Below are positions 24,141-36,508 of a DNA stretch of 64,000 bases, piece after piece. Source of the stretch: Malacoraja senta (lineage: Eukaryota). The DNA is taken from contig CM075995.1 in NCBI GenBank assembly GCA_038087875.1, forward strand, positions 1,490,001 through 1,554,000. Reading direction: 5' to 3'. Each line of letters starts with the position of its first letter. Position 1 is the stretch's first letter. The position numbers and the translations under genes are program-made. Below the pieces are notes generated by a model. That model was given only the letters and a program-made list of their open reading frames with translations, was not told where the DNA came from and made no database searches.

Positions 24141-25282
24141 GTTAATCCGGTTAGTACACTGGTTCTTGCTCCCGCTGCAGGTCGCCAGCTACGTCCCTGC
24201 AATGATGAGCGACTTGGTCCTGGTCCAGGACCAGTATGACGTCTGAAAGGATACCTCCTCTTTACAGACTTTGCAACCATCGATGTTTTCATCAATCCGG
24301 CTGTTTTCGCTTCATCCTCCAACTCCTTTACACGTCTCCTGAGATCCTCTCCAAAGAGTAAGTTGGGTAATTGTATATTACTTGGTTTGCAGAGTGCTGC
24401 GAATTTCAGATTGATAGTAGGCCGAATAGCACCCTTCCTCAGACAATTGATCTCAAAGTGGGCGTTGCATAGCAACCCCAGTGCTTCCTGATGCAACTCC
24501 GTCATCTCCTGGCTTCTATCCGTTATTCTGGTAAAAGCAGTTATTCCAGAACCCAGCAGCTTTAATATTCTCTGCAATTTTACTTCTTGTGTTCTCATAG
24601 TCATGCTCATCTGACTCCAGATCACTCGATTCACTGCTGGTGCTTTCAACAACACACAGTTACTTGGAGTCTCATGCTTTCTTGAAGTATCATCCATCTC
24701 CTGCTGTTCCAGCTGATGGGAAACCAAGTAATTTATTAGTGAGGCCAATACTTCTCCTACTGACTCTCCTGACCCTGACGGGGCAGCGAATCGTACTGCC
24801 AGAGGTGGAATATCTGGCAGCTGCCGTTCTTCGCCTTGATCAGCCTCACCGTCAGAGTCGGGGTCTGAACTCTCATGACCCGGGGCACGCGCCTCATCCC
24901 TGAGGGTGCATTCCAACAGCCCTTTGCTAGGTGCTGCTGAGCTGCTTTCTGCAGCCTGGCTTTTGCTACACTCCTCACTGGGTGTGCTTTTTTCCAAAAG
25001 CCTGTGTATGAGGCTTTCCATTTGTGATATCCGCTCGAAAGCAGTATCCAGCCCTGGAACTACCTCCATTGCCTGGGACTCCTCCTCCGTGGGACGTCTG
25101 GATTTGAACTTCGCCTTGCGCCCGACTGGCGCTGACTGCATTCTTTTCAGCCCCAAGTCCACAGTCGCTATGCTCACCGCTGTCGACTGTACCGGGGTCA
25201 GAGGCGGCTGGTCGCCGACCGCAATATCGTGACTTTCTACCGGCTGAGTCGCTCGCCTCCTCCCCTTGCCCGTTTTTTCCAT
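24092..25282 (-). pseudogene. DIRS ORF1 gag-like protein (copy A)
   Basis: Open frame from the Kozak ATG (GCCATGG, 25282) MEKTGK... It aligns with copy B ORF1 (e.g. CNAHFEINCLRK.AIRP, NLLFGEDL) and runs in frame into the pol N-terminus VGGRL before a TAG. Confidence 0.8.
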
Positions 25283-25492
25283 GGCGCCTGTGGAAAAAAT
25301 CCCCACAGACCCACAGAAAACGGACACAGAAATACTTCCAAAAAAGTTTATACTTACCTTGTAGTTAAAAACTACAATTCCACTAGAGGAGCTCTGCTCC
25401 TCGCGTCCGTTTGCGCCAATGCGTCAGACGTAATGACGCGCAGGCGCACTGGCGGGGTTCTTCACGTAGTCACTCACGTGACTCCGAAGTAA

Positions 25493-25616
25493 AATTGTGT
25501 ATGTGTGTGGGAGAATATATGTGTGTGTGAGAATTATATGTGTGAGAATATGTGTGTGTGAAAATGTGTGTGTGAGAAAAGGCATGTGCGTGTGTGATAA
25601 GGCGTGTGTGTAAGAG

Positions 25617-25659
<43 letters not shown>

Positions 25660-25842
25660 AAGGCGTGTGTGTGTGTCTGAGAATTGTAGTGTGAGAATGT
25701 GTGTGTGTGTGAGAATGTGTGTGTGTGACAATATGTGTGTGTGAGAAGGTGTGCGTGAGTGTGGGAGAATGAGTGTGTGCGTGAGTGTGGGAGAATGAGT
25801 GCGTGCTTGTGTGTGTGTGTGCACTTGTGCATGTGTGTGTGT
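25493..25842. repeat. (TG)n/GAGAAT compound microsatellite, right part
   Basis: Read directly. Confidence 0.9.
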
Positions 25843-25865
25843 TGAAAGATTTACATTCAATTTGA

Positions 25866-26372
25866 GGTAGTGCAGCGTAGGTTTACAAGGTTAATTCCCG
25901 GGATGGCGGGACTGTCATATGCTGAGAGAATGGAGCGGCTGGGCTTGTACACTCTGGAGTTTAGAAGGATGAGAGGATATCTTAATGAAACATATAAGAT
26001 TCTTAAGGGTTTGGACACGCTAGAGGCAGGAAACATGTTCCCAATGTTGGGGGAGTCCAGAACCAGGGGCCACAGTTTAAGAATAAGGAGTAAGCCATTT
26101 AGAACGGAGACGAGGAAACACTTTTTCTCACAGAGAGTGGTGAGTCTGTGGAATTCTCTGCCTCAGAGGGCGGTGGAGGCCAGTTCTCTGGATACATTCA
26201 AGAGAGAGCTAGATTGGGCTCTTAAAGATAGCGGAGTCAGGGGATATGGGGAGAAGGCAGGAACGGGGTACTGATTGGGGATGATCAGCCATGATCACAT
26301 TGAATGGCGGTGCTGGCTCGAAGGGCCGACTGGCCTACTCCTGCACCTATTGTCTATTGTCTATTGTCTATT
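25866..26372 (+). mobile_element. CR1 3' fragment
   Basis: ORF 25870-26274 ending GYGEKAGTGY, then 3' UTR and tail. Confidence 0.9.
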
Positions 26373-26654
26373 GAAACAGGGATTTTGAAAGAGATGAAAC
26401 TATGAAGAGATAGCAGGTGAATTGTTTGCAGTGAAGTGGGAAACTCCATTATCCTGTTTCCTTTATCATTGTTACACTTTTGCATATCTTTCATTCATTT
26501 TTCTTTATCTCTCCACATCACCGTCTATATCCCTCGTTTCCCTCTCCACTGACTCTCAGTATGAAGAAGAACCGAAACGTCACCCATTCCTTCTCACCAG
26601 AGATGCTGCCTGTCCCGCTGAGTTACTCCAACATTTTGTGTCTATCTTCCATCT

Positions 26655-27735
26655 TCCAGAAGATGTAACAAGTAGAATGGACAAGGGAGAGCCAGTGGAT
26701 GTAGTGTACCTGGACCTTCAGAAAGACGTTGATAAGGTCCCACACAGGAGATTAGTGGGCAAAATTAGAGCACATGGGAGAAAATTGGTTGGCAGACAGG
26801 AAACAAAGAGTAGGGACTAACAGATCCCTTTCAGAATGGCAGGCAGTGACTAGTGGGGTACCGCAAGGCTCGGTGCTGGGACCGCAGCTATTTACAATAG
26901 GCATTAATGATTTAGATGAAGGAATTAAAAGTAACATTAGCAAATTTGCAGATGACATAAAGCTGGGTGGCAGTGTGAACTGTGAAGAGGATGCTATGAG
27001 GATGCAGGGTGATTTGGACAGGTTGGGTGAATGGGCAGATGCATGGCAGATGCAGTTTAATGTGGATGAATGTGAGGTTATCCACTTTGGTGGCAAAAAC
27101 AGGAAGGCAGATTATTATCTGAATGGTGTCAAGTTGGGAAAAGGGGAGGTACAACGAGGCCTGGGTGTGCTTGTACATCAGTCACTGAAAGTAAGCATGC
27201 AGGTACAGCAGGCAGTAAAGAAATCTAATGGCATGTTGGCCTTCATAACGAGAGGAGTTGAGTATAGGAGTAAAGAGGTCCTTCCGTTGTTGTTTGAGAT
27301 CACACCAGGAGAATTGTGTGCAGTTTTGGTCTCCTAATTTTAGGAAGGACATTCTTGCCATTGAGGGAGCGCAGCGTAGGTTCACGAGATTAATTCCCGG
27401 GATAGCGGGACTGTCATATGATGAAAGAATGGAGCGACTGGGCTTGTATTCACTGGAATTTAGAAGGATGAGAGGGTATCTTATAGAAACATACAAAATT
27501 ATCAAGGGATTGGACACGCTGGATGCAGGAAACATGTTCCCGATGTTGGGGGAGTCGAGAACCAGCGGCCCCAGTTTAAGAATAAGGGGTAGGCCATTTA
27601 GAACTGAGATGAGGAAAAACTCACCCAGAGGGATGTGAATCTGTGGAATTCTCTGCCTCAGAAGGCAATGGAGGCCGATTCACTGGATGCATTCACAAGA
27701 GAGTTAGATAGAGCTCTTAGGGCTAGTGGAATCAA
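26655..27735 (+). mobile_element. CR1 RT fragment (frameshifted)
   Basis: VDVVYLD, SGVPQGSVLGP, KFADD. Confidence 0.9.
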
Positions 27736-27864
27736 GTGACTGCCTCCGATTACATTTGATCTCCGTTTGCTTTGTTGTTGGATTCTCCTAGCTAACAATG
27801 ATCTATTCTACATTTTCCTTGAGCTTCATCCCCTTTGCTGTCTCGTTATCGCTACTTACACTTA

Positions 27865-28470
27865 GAAACATAGACAATAGGTGCAGGAGAAGGCCATTCG
27901 GCCCTTCGAGCCAGCACCGCCATTCAATGTGACCATGGCTGATCATCCCCAATCAGTACCCCGTTCCTGCCTTCTCCCCATATCCCCTGACTCCGCTATT
28001 TTTAAGAGCCCTATCTAGCTCTCTCTTGAAAGCACCCAGAGAACCTGCCTCCACCGCCCTCTGAGGCAGAGAATTCCACAGACTCACAACTCTCTGTGAG
28101 AAAAAGTGTTTCCTCGTCTCCGTTCTAAATGGCTTACCCCTTATTCTTAAACTGTGGCCCCTGGTTCTGGACTCCCCCAACATCGGGAACATGTTTCCTG
28201 CCTCTAGCTTGTCCAAGCCCTTAACAATCTTATATGTTTCAATAAGATACCCTCTCATCCTTCTTAACTCCAGAGTGTACAAGCCCAGCTGCTCCATTCT
28301 CTCAGCATATGACAGTCCCGCCATCCCGGGAATTAACCTTGTAAACCTACGCCGCACTCCCTCAATAGCAAGAATGTCCTTCCTCAAATTAGGGGACCAA
28401 AACTGCACACAATACTCCAGGTGTGATCTCACTAGAGCTCTGTACAACTGCAAAGGACCTCTTTGCTCCT
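27865..28470 (-). mobile_element. CR1 3' fragment
   Basis: ORF 27953-28453 plus 3' UTR. Confidence 0.9.
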
Positions 28471-29451
28471 CAGATGCTGCTGACTTACTCCAGCACTTTG
28501 TTTCCCAATGGGATTATTTTAGTTGACGCACCTCGGTCTTTCCTTGCAGTGTGACTCTGTGACTCGAAATGTCCTGGATATTTTCAACGTTACGCATGCT
28601 AACCAAATATAGCAAGATCTTTTCGAGGGGGAAATGGGAAGCTTCCGCTCGATGGTGTTAACAGGTACTGTATGACTTGGCACTCTTCCGCAGTATCTCA
28701 GTTAAGCAAGATATTTTCACATTGCTTCAAACCGAAACTCGCCAGGAGCTTGTTGCAGTAAATGTTTCACCCTATGAGAATATCCTGTTTCACAATCTGC
28801 TGGAACAGGAGGAGGGAGTGATTTAAATGCTGTTACAAAATTCTTCATGGAGTCAGTGAAACGGGTTAGAGCTCCCAGAGAAGAGAGACTCAAGAAGCTG
28901 GAGTAACTCAGCGGGACAGGCTGCATCTCTGGAGAGAAGGAATGGGTGACGTTTCGGGTCAAGACCCTAGAAGGGTCACCACCCTCCGGCTAAAGAAATT
29001 TCTCCTCATCTACTTCCTCAAAGAACGTCCTTTAATTCTGAGGCTATGACCTCTAGTCCTAGACTTTCCCACTAGTGGAAACATCCTCTCCACATCCATT
29101 CTATCCAAGCCTTTCACGTTTCTGCATGTTGCAATGAGGTCCCCCCCCCTCCACCCCCCTCGTTCTTCTAAACTCTTCTAGACTGGTGGTAGGGGCAGGG
29201 AAAGGAAGCTTTCCCTGAGAGGTGGGGAAGGACAATGCGTGGCAGGTAATAGGTGAACAACAGGCCAGCAGGGAGTTTGCCAGGCTTTGTTTGACAAAGT
29301 ATTGTATGGTGGACAACGGTTTTGGTCAGCACATTACAGGGAAAGATTTTAGCATGAGAGAGTTTCCGGGGATGACTTGTGAAGATAAAGCCAGAGGCAT
29401 AAACTTATGTGGAATATTGTCTGGGGGGGGGAGGGGGGGGGAGGATTTCTT

Positions 29452-29735
29452 TGGTTTAGCTTAGTTTAGAGGTACAGCCTTCGGCCCACCAAGTCCGCGC
29501 TGACCAGCGATCCCCGCACGTTAACACTGTGGGTACAATTGACATTTACACCGAGCCAATTAGCCTACAAACCCGTACTTTTTTGGAGTGTGGGAGGAAA
29601 CCGAAGATCTCGGAGTAAAACCCCCGCAGGTCACGGGGAGAGCGTACAAACTCCGCGCGGACGAGCACCCGTCGTCGGGATTGAACCTGGGTCTCTGGCG
29701 CTGTAAGGCAGCGACTCTACCGCTACGCCACCGTG
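29452..29735 (-). mobile_element. HE1-like V-SINE
   Basis: Head, V-domain and tail on the minus strand. Confidence 0.85.
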
Positions 29736-29881
29736 GAAAAGAAGAGGTTGAGGGAAGATTCGATGAGACGTATGTCTGATTACGAGAAGATTGGCTGGTG
29801 TGATGGGAAGGATCTGTTTCCCTGAGCACAAAAGTCAACCCAAAGATTTAGGGTAATTGGTCGAAACATTGCAAGAGCTCA

Positions 29882-30467
29882 AGAGCGGATGGCGGACTGC
29901 TGGAGTGGGGCGCCGTTGTGGGGACCGGCCGGAACCCCAGCTTCAGCGGCGGCACAGCGCTGGGACACCATCACGGAGCGGGCGATGCCTTACCGGGTCA
30001 CCGTGCGGTAAGCTCCGGAGTGCTGTGACCGCCGACTCCAACATCCGAGGATCTGTGGCTGCGGGCGTCCCGCTGGATTTAAAACACCGCGGAGCCTGGG
30101 ATCTGAGATCGCCAGAGTCGGAGCTCCAACCAGCGCGGCCTGAGGACTTCGGGTGCCGCGGTCTCCGGGGAGGGAGCGGCCGCTCCAGACTTTCCAAGCC
30201 GAAAACATCGGACTGGCTGCGGAGGCCACAAATAGACCTTGACCTCGGGTGATCACAGAGGAAGAGGGCTGAACTTTCTGATGCCTTTCCCCACAGTGGA
30301 AAATGTTGATTCTGTTGTGGGGGGACGTTCATGTTGAATTCTATAATGTGTTATGTCATTTATCTTTTTTAAATTTTTCTATGGATGTATGGAAACTTAA
30401 TTATTTCTTTTATGTAAAGCACTTTGGTTTCAACGCGAGTTGATTTAAACGTGCTATTTAAATGACA

Positions 30468-30502
<35 letters not shown>
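29882..30502 (+). mobile_element. GC-rich non-coding retroelement with L2-type tail and (ACTT)n
   Basis: GTAAAGCACTTTG...GTGCTATTTAAAT tail motif and (ACTT)n. Confidence 0.6.
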
Positions 30503-30533
30503 GTAGAGGTGCATAGAATGATGAGAGGAATAG

Positions 30534-31157
30534 TTTCATTCCAAGAACTAACAAAGAAATTGGGAGACGTGCATTTAAATTCAAAGCTCCTTCTGACTGG
30601 AACACTCTGCCTAGTACCATAAGAACTATTAGCTCATTTCGTCTATTTAAAAATACACTTTTACCTTTCCTTATAAAACCATGTACCTGTTTCTAGTATT
30701 AGAGTCTTCGAGCTCCTTTATCTAGTTTGCTCTGAGTGTGATCATTTGGCATAACTATTGTATATGCATGGCCATTACACTTATGTATTATTGTATTGCA
30801 TAGTGTAACAAGGTCTTATATTGTATTATGTCACAATATCATGAAATAATATATTATGTAATAATGTTGATAGTATATATTAACGTACGATGTATGATAG
30901 GTGGTATATGGTATTATGCACTAACATTATGCTGTAACACATAACTATAGTTATTATTGGATATGTAAAGTTAATTAACAATTGTTATAAACTATAACAA
31001 GTGGGGATGGAGGGGTTTTGGGATTGGTGTGTGGGTAGGTGGGTCAATGAGAGCCTCTATGTATGTTATGTCTTGTTCTATGCTGTACTATGTTGGACCC
31101 CCTCGAAAACGAGATGACTGTCCATCTCAAGGGGTTATCCATGAATAAACTTGTTTC
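30534..31157 (+). mobile_element. 3' fragment of a different CR1/L2-group LINE (Crack/Daphne-like)
   Basis: FIPRTNKEIGRRAFKFKAPSDWNTLP; AT-rich UTR; 3' stem-loop CCCCT...GAGATG-ACTGTC-CATCTC-AAGGGG; AATAAA; TSD AATAG (30529-30533, 31158-31162). Confidence 0.7.
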
Positions 31158-31659
31158 AATAGATAGGGCGAATGCACAACATCTTTTACCCAGGTAGAGG
31201 AATAATGAACCACAGCACAGATCAGAGGAATGAGAGGAATTGATCGGGTGGATACACGGAGTCTCTGGCCCCGAGTAGGTGAATCGTGGACCAGAGGACG
31301 TAGGTTTAAGGTGAGGAGGGGGAAAGGTTTAATGGGAATCTGAGGGGTAACTTTTTCACACAGTTTAAGAATAAGGAGTAAGCCAATTAGAACGGAGACA
31401 AGGAAACACTTTTTCCTCACAGAGAGTGGTGAGTCTGTGGAATTCTCTGCCTCAGAGGGCAGTGGAGGCAGGTTCTCTGGATGCTTTCAAGAGAGAGCTA
31501 GATAGGGCTCTTAAAAATAGCGGAGTCAGGGGATATGGAGAGAAGGCAGGAACGGGGTACTGATTGGGGATGATCAGCCATGATCACATTGAATGGCTGT
31601 GCTGGCTCGAAGGGCCGAATGGCCTACTCCTGCACCTATTGTCTATTGTCTATTGCCTA

Positions 31660-31952
31660 GTTGCTGCCTTACAGCGGCAGAGACGTGGGTTCGATCCTGA
31701 CTACCGCTGCTGTCTGTACGGACTTTGTACATTCTCCCTGTAACCACGTGGGTTTTCTCTGGGTGCTCCGGTTTCCTCCCACACTCCAAAGACGTACCGG
31801 TTTGTAGGTTAATTGGCTCCAGTACGGATTGTACATTGACCCTGTTGTGTACGATAGTGCTAGTGTGTGGGTGATCAATGGTCGGCGCGGACTCGGTTTG
31901 GGCTGAAGGGCCTGTTTCCGTGCTGTATCTCAAAACTAAACTAAACTAAACT
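31660..31952 (+). mobile_element. HE1-like V-SINE
   Basis: Partial head, V-domain and tail. Confidence 0.8.
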
Positions 31953-32306
31953 TCCTTTGTTACTGGCCTATTGTGCATTCTGGTGATCATGTCTTCAGCT
32001 GCCAAAGAGAACTAAACTTGGAGATTCCCTCTCCAGAGCTCCGCAAATAGGATTAGATAAACAAAAGTTAGTGATCGGGGAATTTTACCAAGTGCTTCTG
32101 TACGAATTGCACAAGCATGTGCAAAACACATGGAGAACTTCTAGTTATGCGGTGTCCTGGAAATGAGTTTAGATTTGTTTGGAGAAGCAGAGTGGAAACA
32201 GGCCCTTCGTCCCATCGAGTCCATGCTAACCAGCAATCGCCTGTTCACTAGTTCTATCTTTTTCACGCAAAGGGTGGTGGGTGTATGGAACAAGCTGCCA
32301 GAGTTG

Positions 32307-33132
32307 TAGTTTTAGTTTAAGTTTCAGAGATACTGCGCGGAAACAGGCCCTTCGGCCCAACCGAGTCCATGCCGACCAGCGATCCCCGCACGTTAACACC
32401 ATCCTACACACACCAGGGACAATTTGCACATACATAGAAACATAGAAACATAGAAAATAGGTGCAGGAGGAGGCCATTCGGCCCTTTGGCCAGCACCGCC
32501 ATCATTGTGATCATGGCTGTTCGTCCCCTATCAATAATTCGTGCCTGCCTTCTCCCCATATCCCTTGATTCTACTAGCCCCTAGAGCTCTATCTAAATCT
32601 CTCTTAAATCCATCCAGTGATTTGGCTTCCACTGCCCTCTGTGGCAGGGAATTCCACAAATTCACAACTCTCTGGGTGAAAACGTTTTTTCTCACCTCAG
32701 TCTTAAATGGCCTCCCCTTTATTCTAAGACTGTGGCCCCTGGTTCTGGACTCGCCCAACATTGGGAACATTTTTCCTGCATCTAGCTTGTCCAATCCTTT
32801 TATAATTTTATATGTTTCTATAAGATTCCCCCTCATCCTTCTAAACTCCAGTGAATACAAGCCTAGTCTTTTCAATCTTTCCCCATATGACAGTCCCGCC
32901 ATCCCAGGGATCAATCTTGTGAACCTGCGCTGCATACCAAGCCAATTAACCTACAAACCTGTACGTCTTTGGAGTGTGGGAGGAAACCAAAGATCTCGGA
33001 GAAAACCCACGCGGTCACGGGGAGAACGTACAAACTCCGTAGAGGACAGCACCCGTAGTCGGGATCGAACCCGGGTCTCCAGCACTGCAAGCGCTGTAAG
33101 GCAGCAACTCTACCCCTGTGCCACCGTGGCCG
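32307..33132 (-). mobile_element. V-SINE interrupted by a CR1 3' fragment (~32433-32933, minus strand)
   Basis: SINE halves flank the CR1 C-terminal ORF 32531-32935 with its (TTCTATGT)n tail. Confidence 0.8.
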
Positions 33133-34564
33133 CCTAGAGGAGGTAGTTGAGGCAAGGACTATCTCAACATTGAAGAAACAGTTAGACAGGTACATGGATA
33201 GGACAGGTTTGGGGAGATATGGACCAAACGCAGGCAGGTGGGACGAGTGTAGCTGGGACAAGTTGGCCGGTGTGGGCAAGTTGGGCCGAAGGGCCTGTTT
33301 CCGCACTGTATCACTCTATGACTCTACGAGGAAGTATTAGATGGGCAGGATGACAACCTTCGTAATGGAAAGATGGAACAATTTAACGGAACTTTTTCTC
33401 GATGCGGGCTCCAACCAAATCATCTCGGACAGACACAAACAGCTGGAGTAACTCCGCGGGACAGGCAGCATCTCTGGAGAGAAGGAATAGGTGACGTTTC
33501 GGGTCGAGACCCTTCTTCTGACGCCTTCATCTCGGAGAGAGCTGTGCAAGCTGGTGAAAACTTGTGGTCTGTTTATCTTGGAGTCGGAGAATTTCGTCAG
33601 CAAGTTCAAACCTCCTCAGTACACTATCTCCTTTCAGAATGCAGTCATTGTCACAACCGGTATGAAACTAAACATTTCCATCTGGGTAGAACCAGTGCAG
33701 GCTACGTAAATACACCCTCTGTTTCCCATGCTGGTATTTACTGTGTAAACATTTTAGTTCACATTGCAAGAACAATCTTGATTTAACATTTTTACATTTC
33801 AGATTTGCGGCTTCGTGCCAGCTAAGCTCCAGTGAGAACTTCTGGGTCAAAAGATTGCAGATTCAAGCCCAACTCCAAAGAATGATGAACAAAGTACTGG
33901 TTATCATTCCAGGAAAAATGAGTTATAGAGTCTTAGAAACATAGAAAATAGGTGCAGGAGTAGGCCATTCGGCCCTTCGAGCCACCATTCAATATGATCA
34001 CGGCTGATCATCCAAAATCAGTACCCCGTTCCTGCTTTCTCCCCATATCCCTTGATTCCGTAAGCCCTAAGAGCTCTATCCAACTCTCTCTTGAATGCAT
34101 CCGGCGAATTGGCCTCCACTGCCTTCTGTGGCAGAGAATTCCACAGATTCACAACTCTCTGGGTGAAAAGAGTCATCGTCATACAGCGTAGAAACAGTCC
34201 CTTCGGCCCAACTTGACCACACCGACCAACACGTCCCATCCAGACTAGTCCCACCTGCCTGCGTTTGGCCCATATCCTTGTACCATTTATCATTGTTGCT
34301 TTTTTGCATTTTTTTTCTTTTATTTGTTCTATGTCTCTATAATCACTACCTATATCTCTCGTTTCCCTTTCCCCTGAAACTCAGTCCGAGGAAAGGTCTC
34401 GACCCGCAACGTCACCTATTCCTTTTCTCCAGCGATGCTGTCCAACCCGCTGAGTTACCCCAGCTTTTTGTGTCTATCTTCCACATCCCTCTAAACCTGT
34501 CCCGTCCATGTACCTGTCTAATTGTTCTTTGTAAGATTGACTACATTAAAAGTTAAGACCTTTA

Positions 34565-34812
34565 AGGGCCTGTCCCACTTAGGCAACTCTTTAGGCGACT
34601 GCCAGGGACGAGTTTTAATGGAATTCACCTACTACACCTGGCGACAACCTACGACAGCACCTACGGCAACCTACGACAACACCTATGTCAACCTACGACA
34701 ACCTACGACAGCAAAAATTGTCGCCCCTGTCGCTGAACATTTCTCACATGTTGAAAATTTTGCGGCAGTCGCCTGTAGTCGCCCAAAAAATCGCCTAAGT
34801 GGGACAGGCCCA
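34565..34812. mobile_element. PIF/Harbinger-type MITE, same family as 17991-18267
   Basis: TIR GGGCCTGTCCCACTTAGGC; TSD TTA/TTA. Confidence 0.85.
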
Positions 34813-35059
34813 TTAGGTGTCAGCTTAACTCAATTATAACACTCTTAGCTCCGAGTTAGAATGATGTGGATTCATGAAGGACTTCACGATGTTTGAAAAT
34901 GTTATCTGGAAACACGGCTCCAATGCAGATGAGAGGGGCTCGTGCACAGAAGAAGATGCTGATTATATTTTCCAAAGGAGATCTTTTGTTGAGGCTCTGT
35001 CTCCTCTCTCAGGCCTCCCCTGTCAAACCTTTCTAAGCTATTACACAGGGGGCTGGCCC

Positions 35060-36362
35060 TGGAGAGGGTCCAGAGGGGGTTTACTGAGAATATTCCCGGG
35101 AATGATTAAGTTAATGTGTGAACTTCTATTTTCTATTTCTTAACTTTCTTCTTTCACGCTCTATTTTTCTTTTTCACACACTATATATCTCACATTTTTC
35201 TATTCTTCATTATCTAACTTCTTTTTTTTTCTTCTTTATTACAAAATTTAAAAAATAAGAAGCTGTACATAAAATGTATTATGAAAATATGATTGTATAC
35301 AATTGTACTTACTTCTAATAAAAATAAATATTTAAAAAAAAAAAAAGTTAACGTGTGAAGGTAGACAAAATTTTCCAGCATCTGCAGTTCCTTCTTAAAC
35401 AAGTTCAGTGTAGACAATGCAGCATAGGTTCACGAGATTGATCCCTGGATAGTGGGACTATCATATGAGGAAAGATTGCAAAGACTAGGCTTGTATTCAC
35501 TGGAGTTTAGAAGGATGAGGGGGAATCTTATAGAAACATATAAAATTATAAAAGGACTGGACAAGCTAGATGCAGGAAAAATGTTCCCAATGTTGGGCCA
35601 GTCCAGAACCAGGGGCCACAGTCTTAGAACACAGTCTTAGAACCATTTAAGACTGAGGTGAGAAAAAAAAGTTCACCCAGAGAGTTGTGAATTTGTGGAA
35701 TTCCCTGCCACAGAGGGCAGTGGAGGCCAAATCACTGGATGGATTTAAGACAGTTAGATAGAGCTCTAGGGGCTAGTGGAATCAAGGGATTTAGGGAGAA
35801 GACAGGCACGGGTTATTGATAGGGGACGATCAGCCATGATCACAATGAATGGCGGTGCTGACTCAAAGGGCCGAATGGCCTCCTCCTGCACCTATTTTCT
35901 ATGTTTCTATGTAAGTTAACGTATGACGTGCGTTTGACGTTACTGGGCCTGTACTCGCTGTTTTTTAGCAGGATGAGGGGGACCTCATTGAAACTTACCG
36001 AATAGTGAAATGCCTGGATAGAGAGGATGTGGAGAGGATGTTTCCACTATTGGGAGAATCTAGAACCAGAGGGCAGAGCCTCAGTATCAAAGAATGTACC
36101 TTTAGAAAGGAGATGAGGAGCAATTTCTTTAGTCAGAGGGTGGTGAATCTGTGGCATTCTTTCCCACAGAAGGCTGTGGAGGCCAAGTCAATGGATATTT
36201 TTATGGCGGTGATTGATAGATTCTTGATTAGTACGGGTGTCAGAGGTAATGGGGAGAAGGCAGGAGAATGGGGTTGAGAGGGAAAGATAGATCAGCCATG
36301 ATTGAAAGGTGGAGTAGACTTGATGGGCCCAATATGCTAATTCTGCTCCGAGAACTTATGAA
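35060..36362 (+). mobile_element. Older CR1 3' fragment containing a nested L1-type tail, a Penelope-like remnant and a younger CR1 (35417-35911)
   Basis: Host CR1 resumes at ~35913; the insertion-site sequence is repeated three times. Confidence 0.75.
35123..35346 (+). mobile_element. L1/Tx1-type 3' UTR with poly(A)
   Basis: AATAAA plus A-tract; TSD AAGTTAA(T/C)GTGTGAA at 35108-35122 and 35345-35359. Confidence 0.65.
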
Positions 36363-36508
36363 CAGTCCATGCATTCTTTGTAATCGTGATGTCACGTTGT
36401 TGCCTGGCCTTTCAAGCCTCTTTGCTATTCAGCCCAGGGATTAATTATATTGATCACCAACAGGCCATTCGGCCCGTTGTCACTGTGTTTTCTTCAAGGC
36501 GAGTCCAA

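Larger units (their letters stand above)
20776..25495 (-). mobile_element. Full-length DIRS1-like tyrosine-recombinase retrotransposon (copy A), inactivated by point mutations
   Basis: gag-like, RT/RNaseH/MT and YR ORFs in DIRS1 order. The ~34-bp ITRs lie at 20848-20881 and 25436-25469. The ICR (21006-21114) is complementary to both termini. Both ends carry the AAT trinucleotide (20776-20778, 25493-25495) and there is no longer TSD. Confidence 0.95.

Noticed and set aside
25470..25860. His/Thr-rich ORFs (also 20566-20943)
   Set aside because: Translations of (CA)n microsatellite.
32541..33137. Repeated MFPASS.../ILLNSS ORFs (also 27182, 28191, 54097, 56483)
   Set aside because: Antisense frames of CR1 ORF2.
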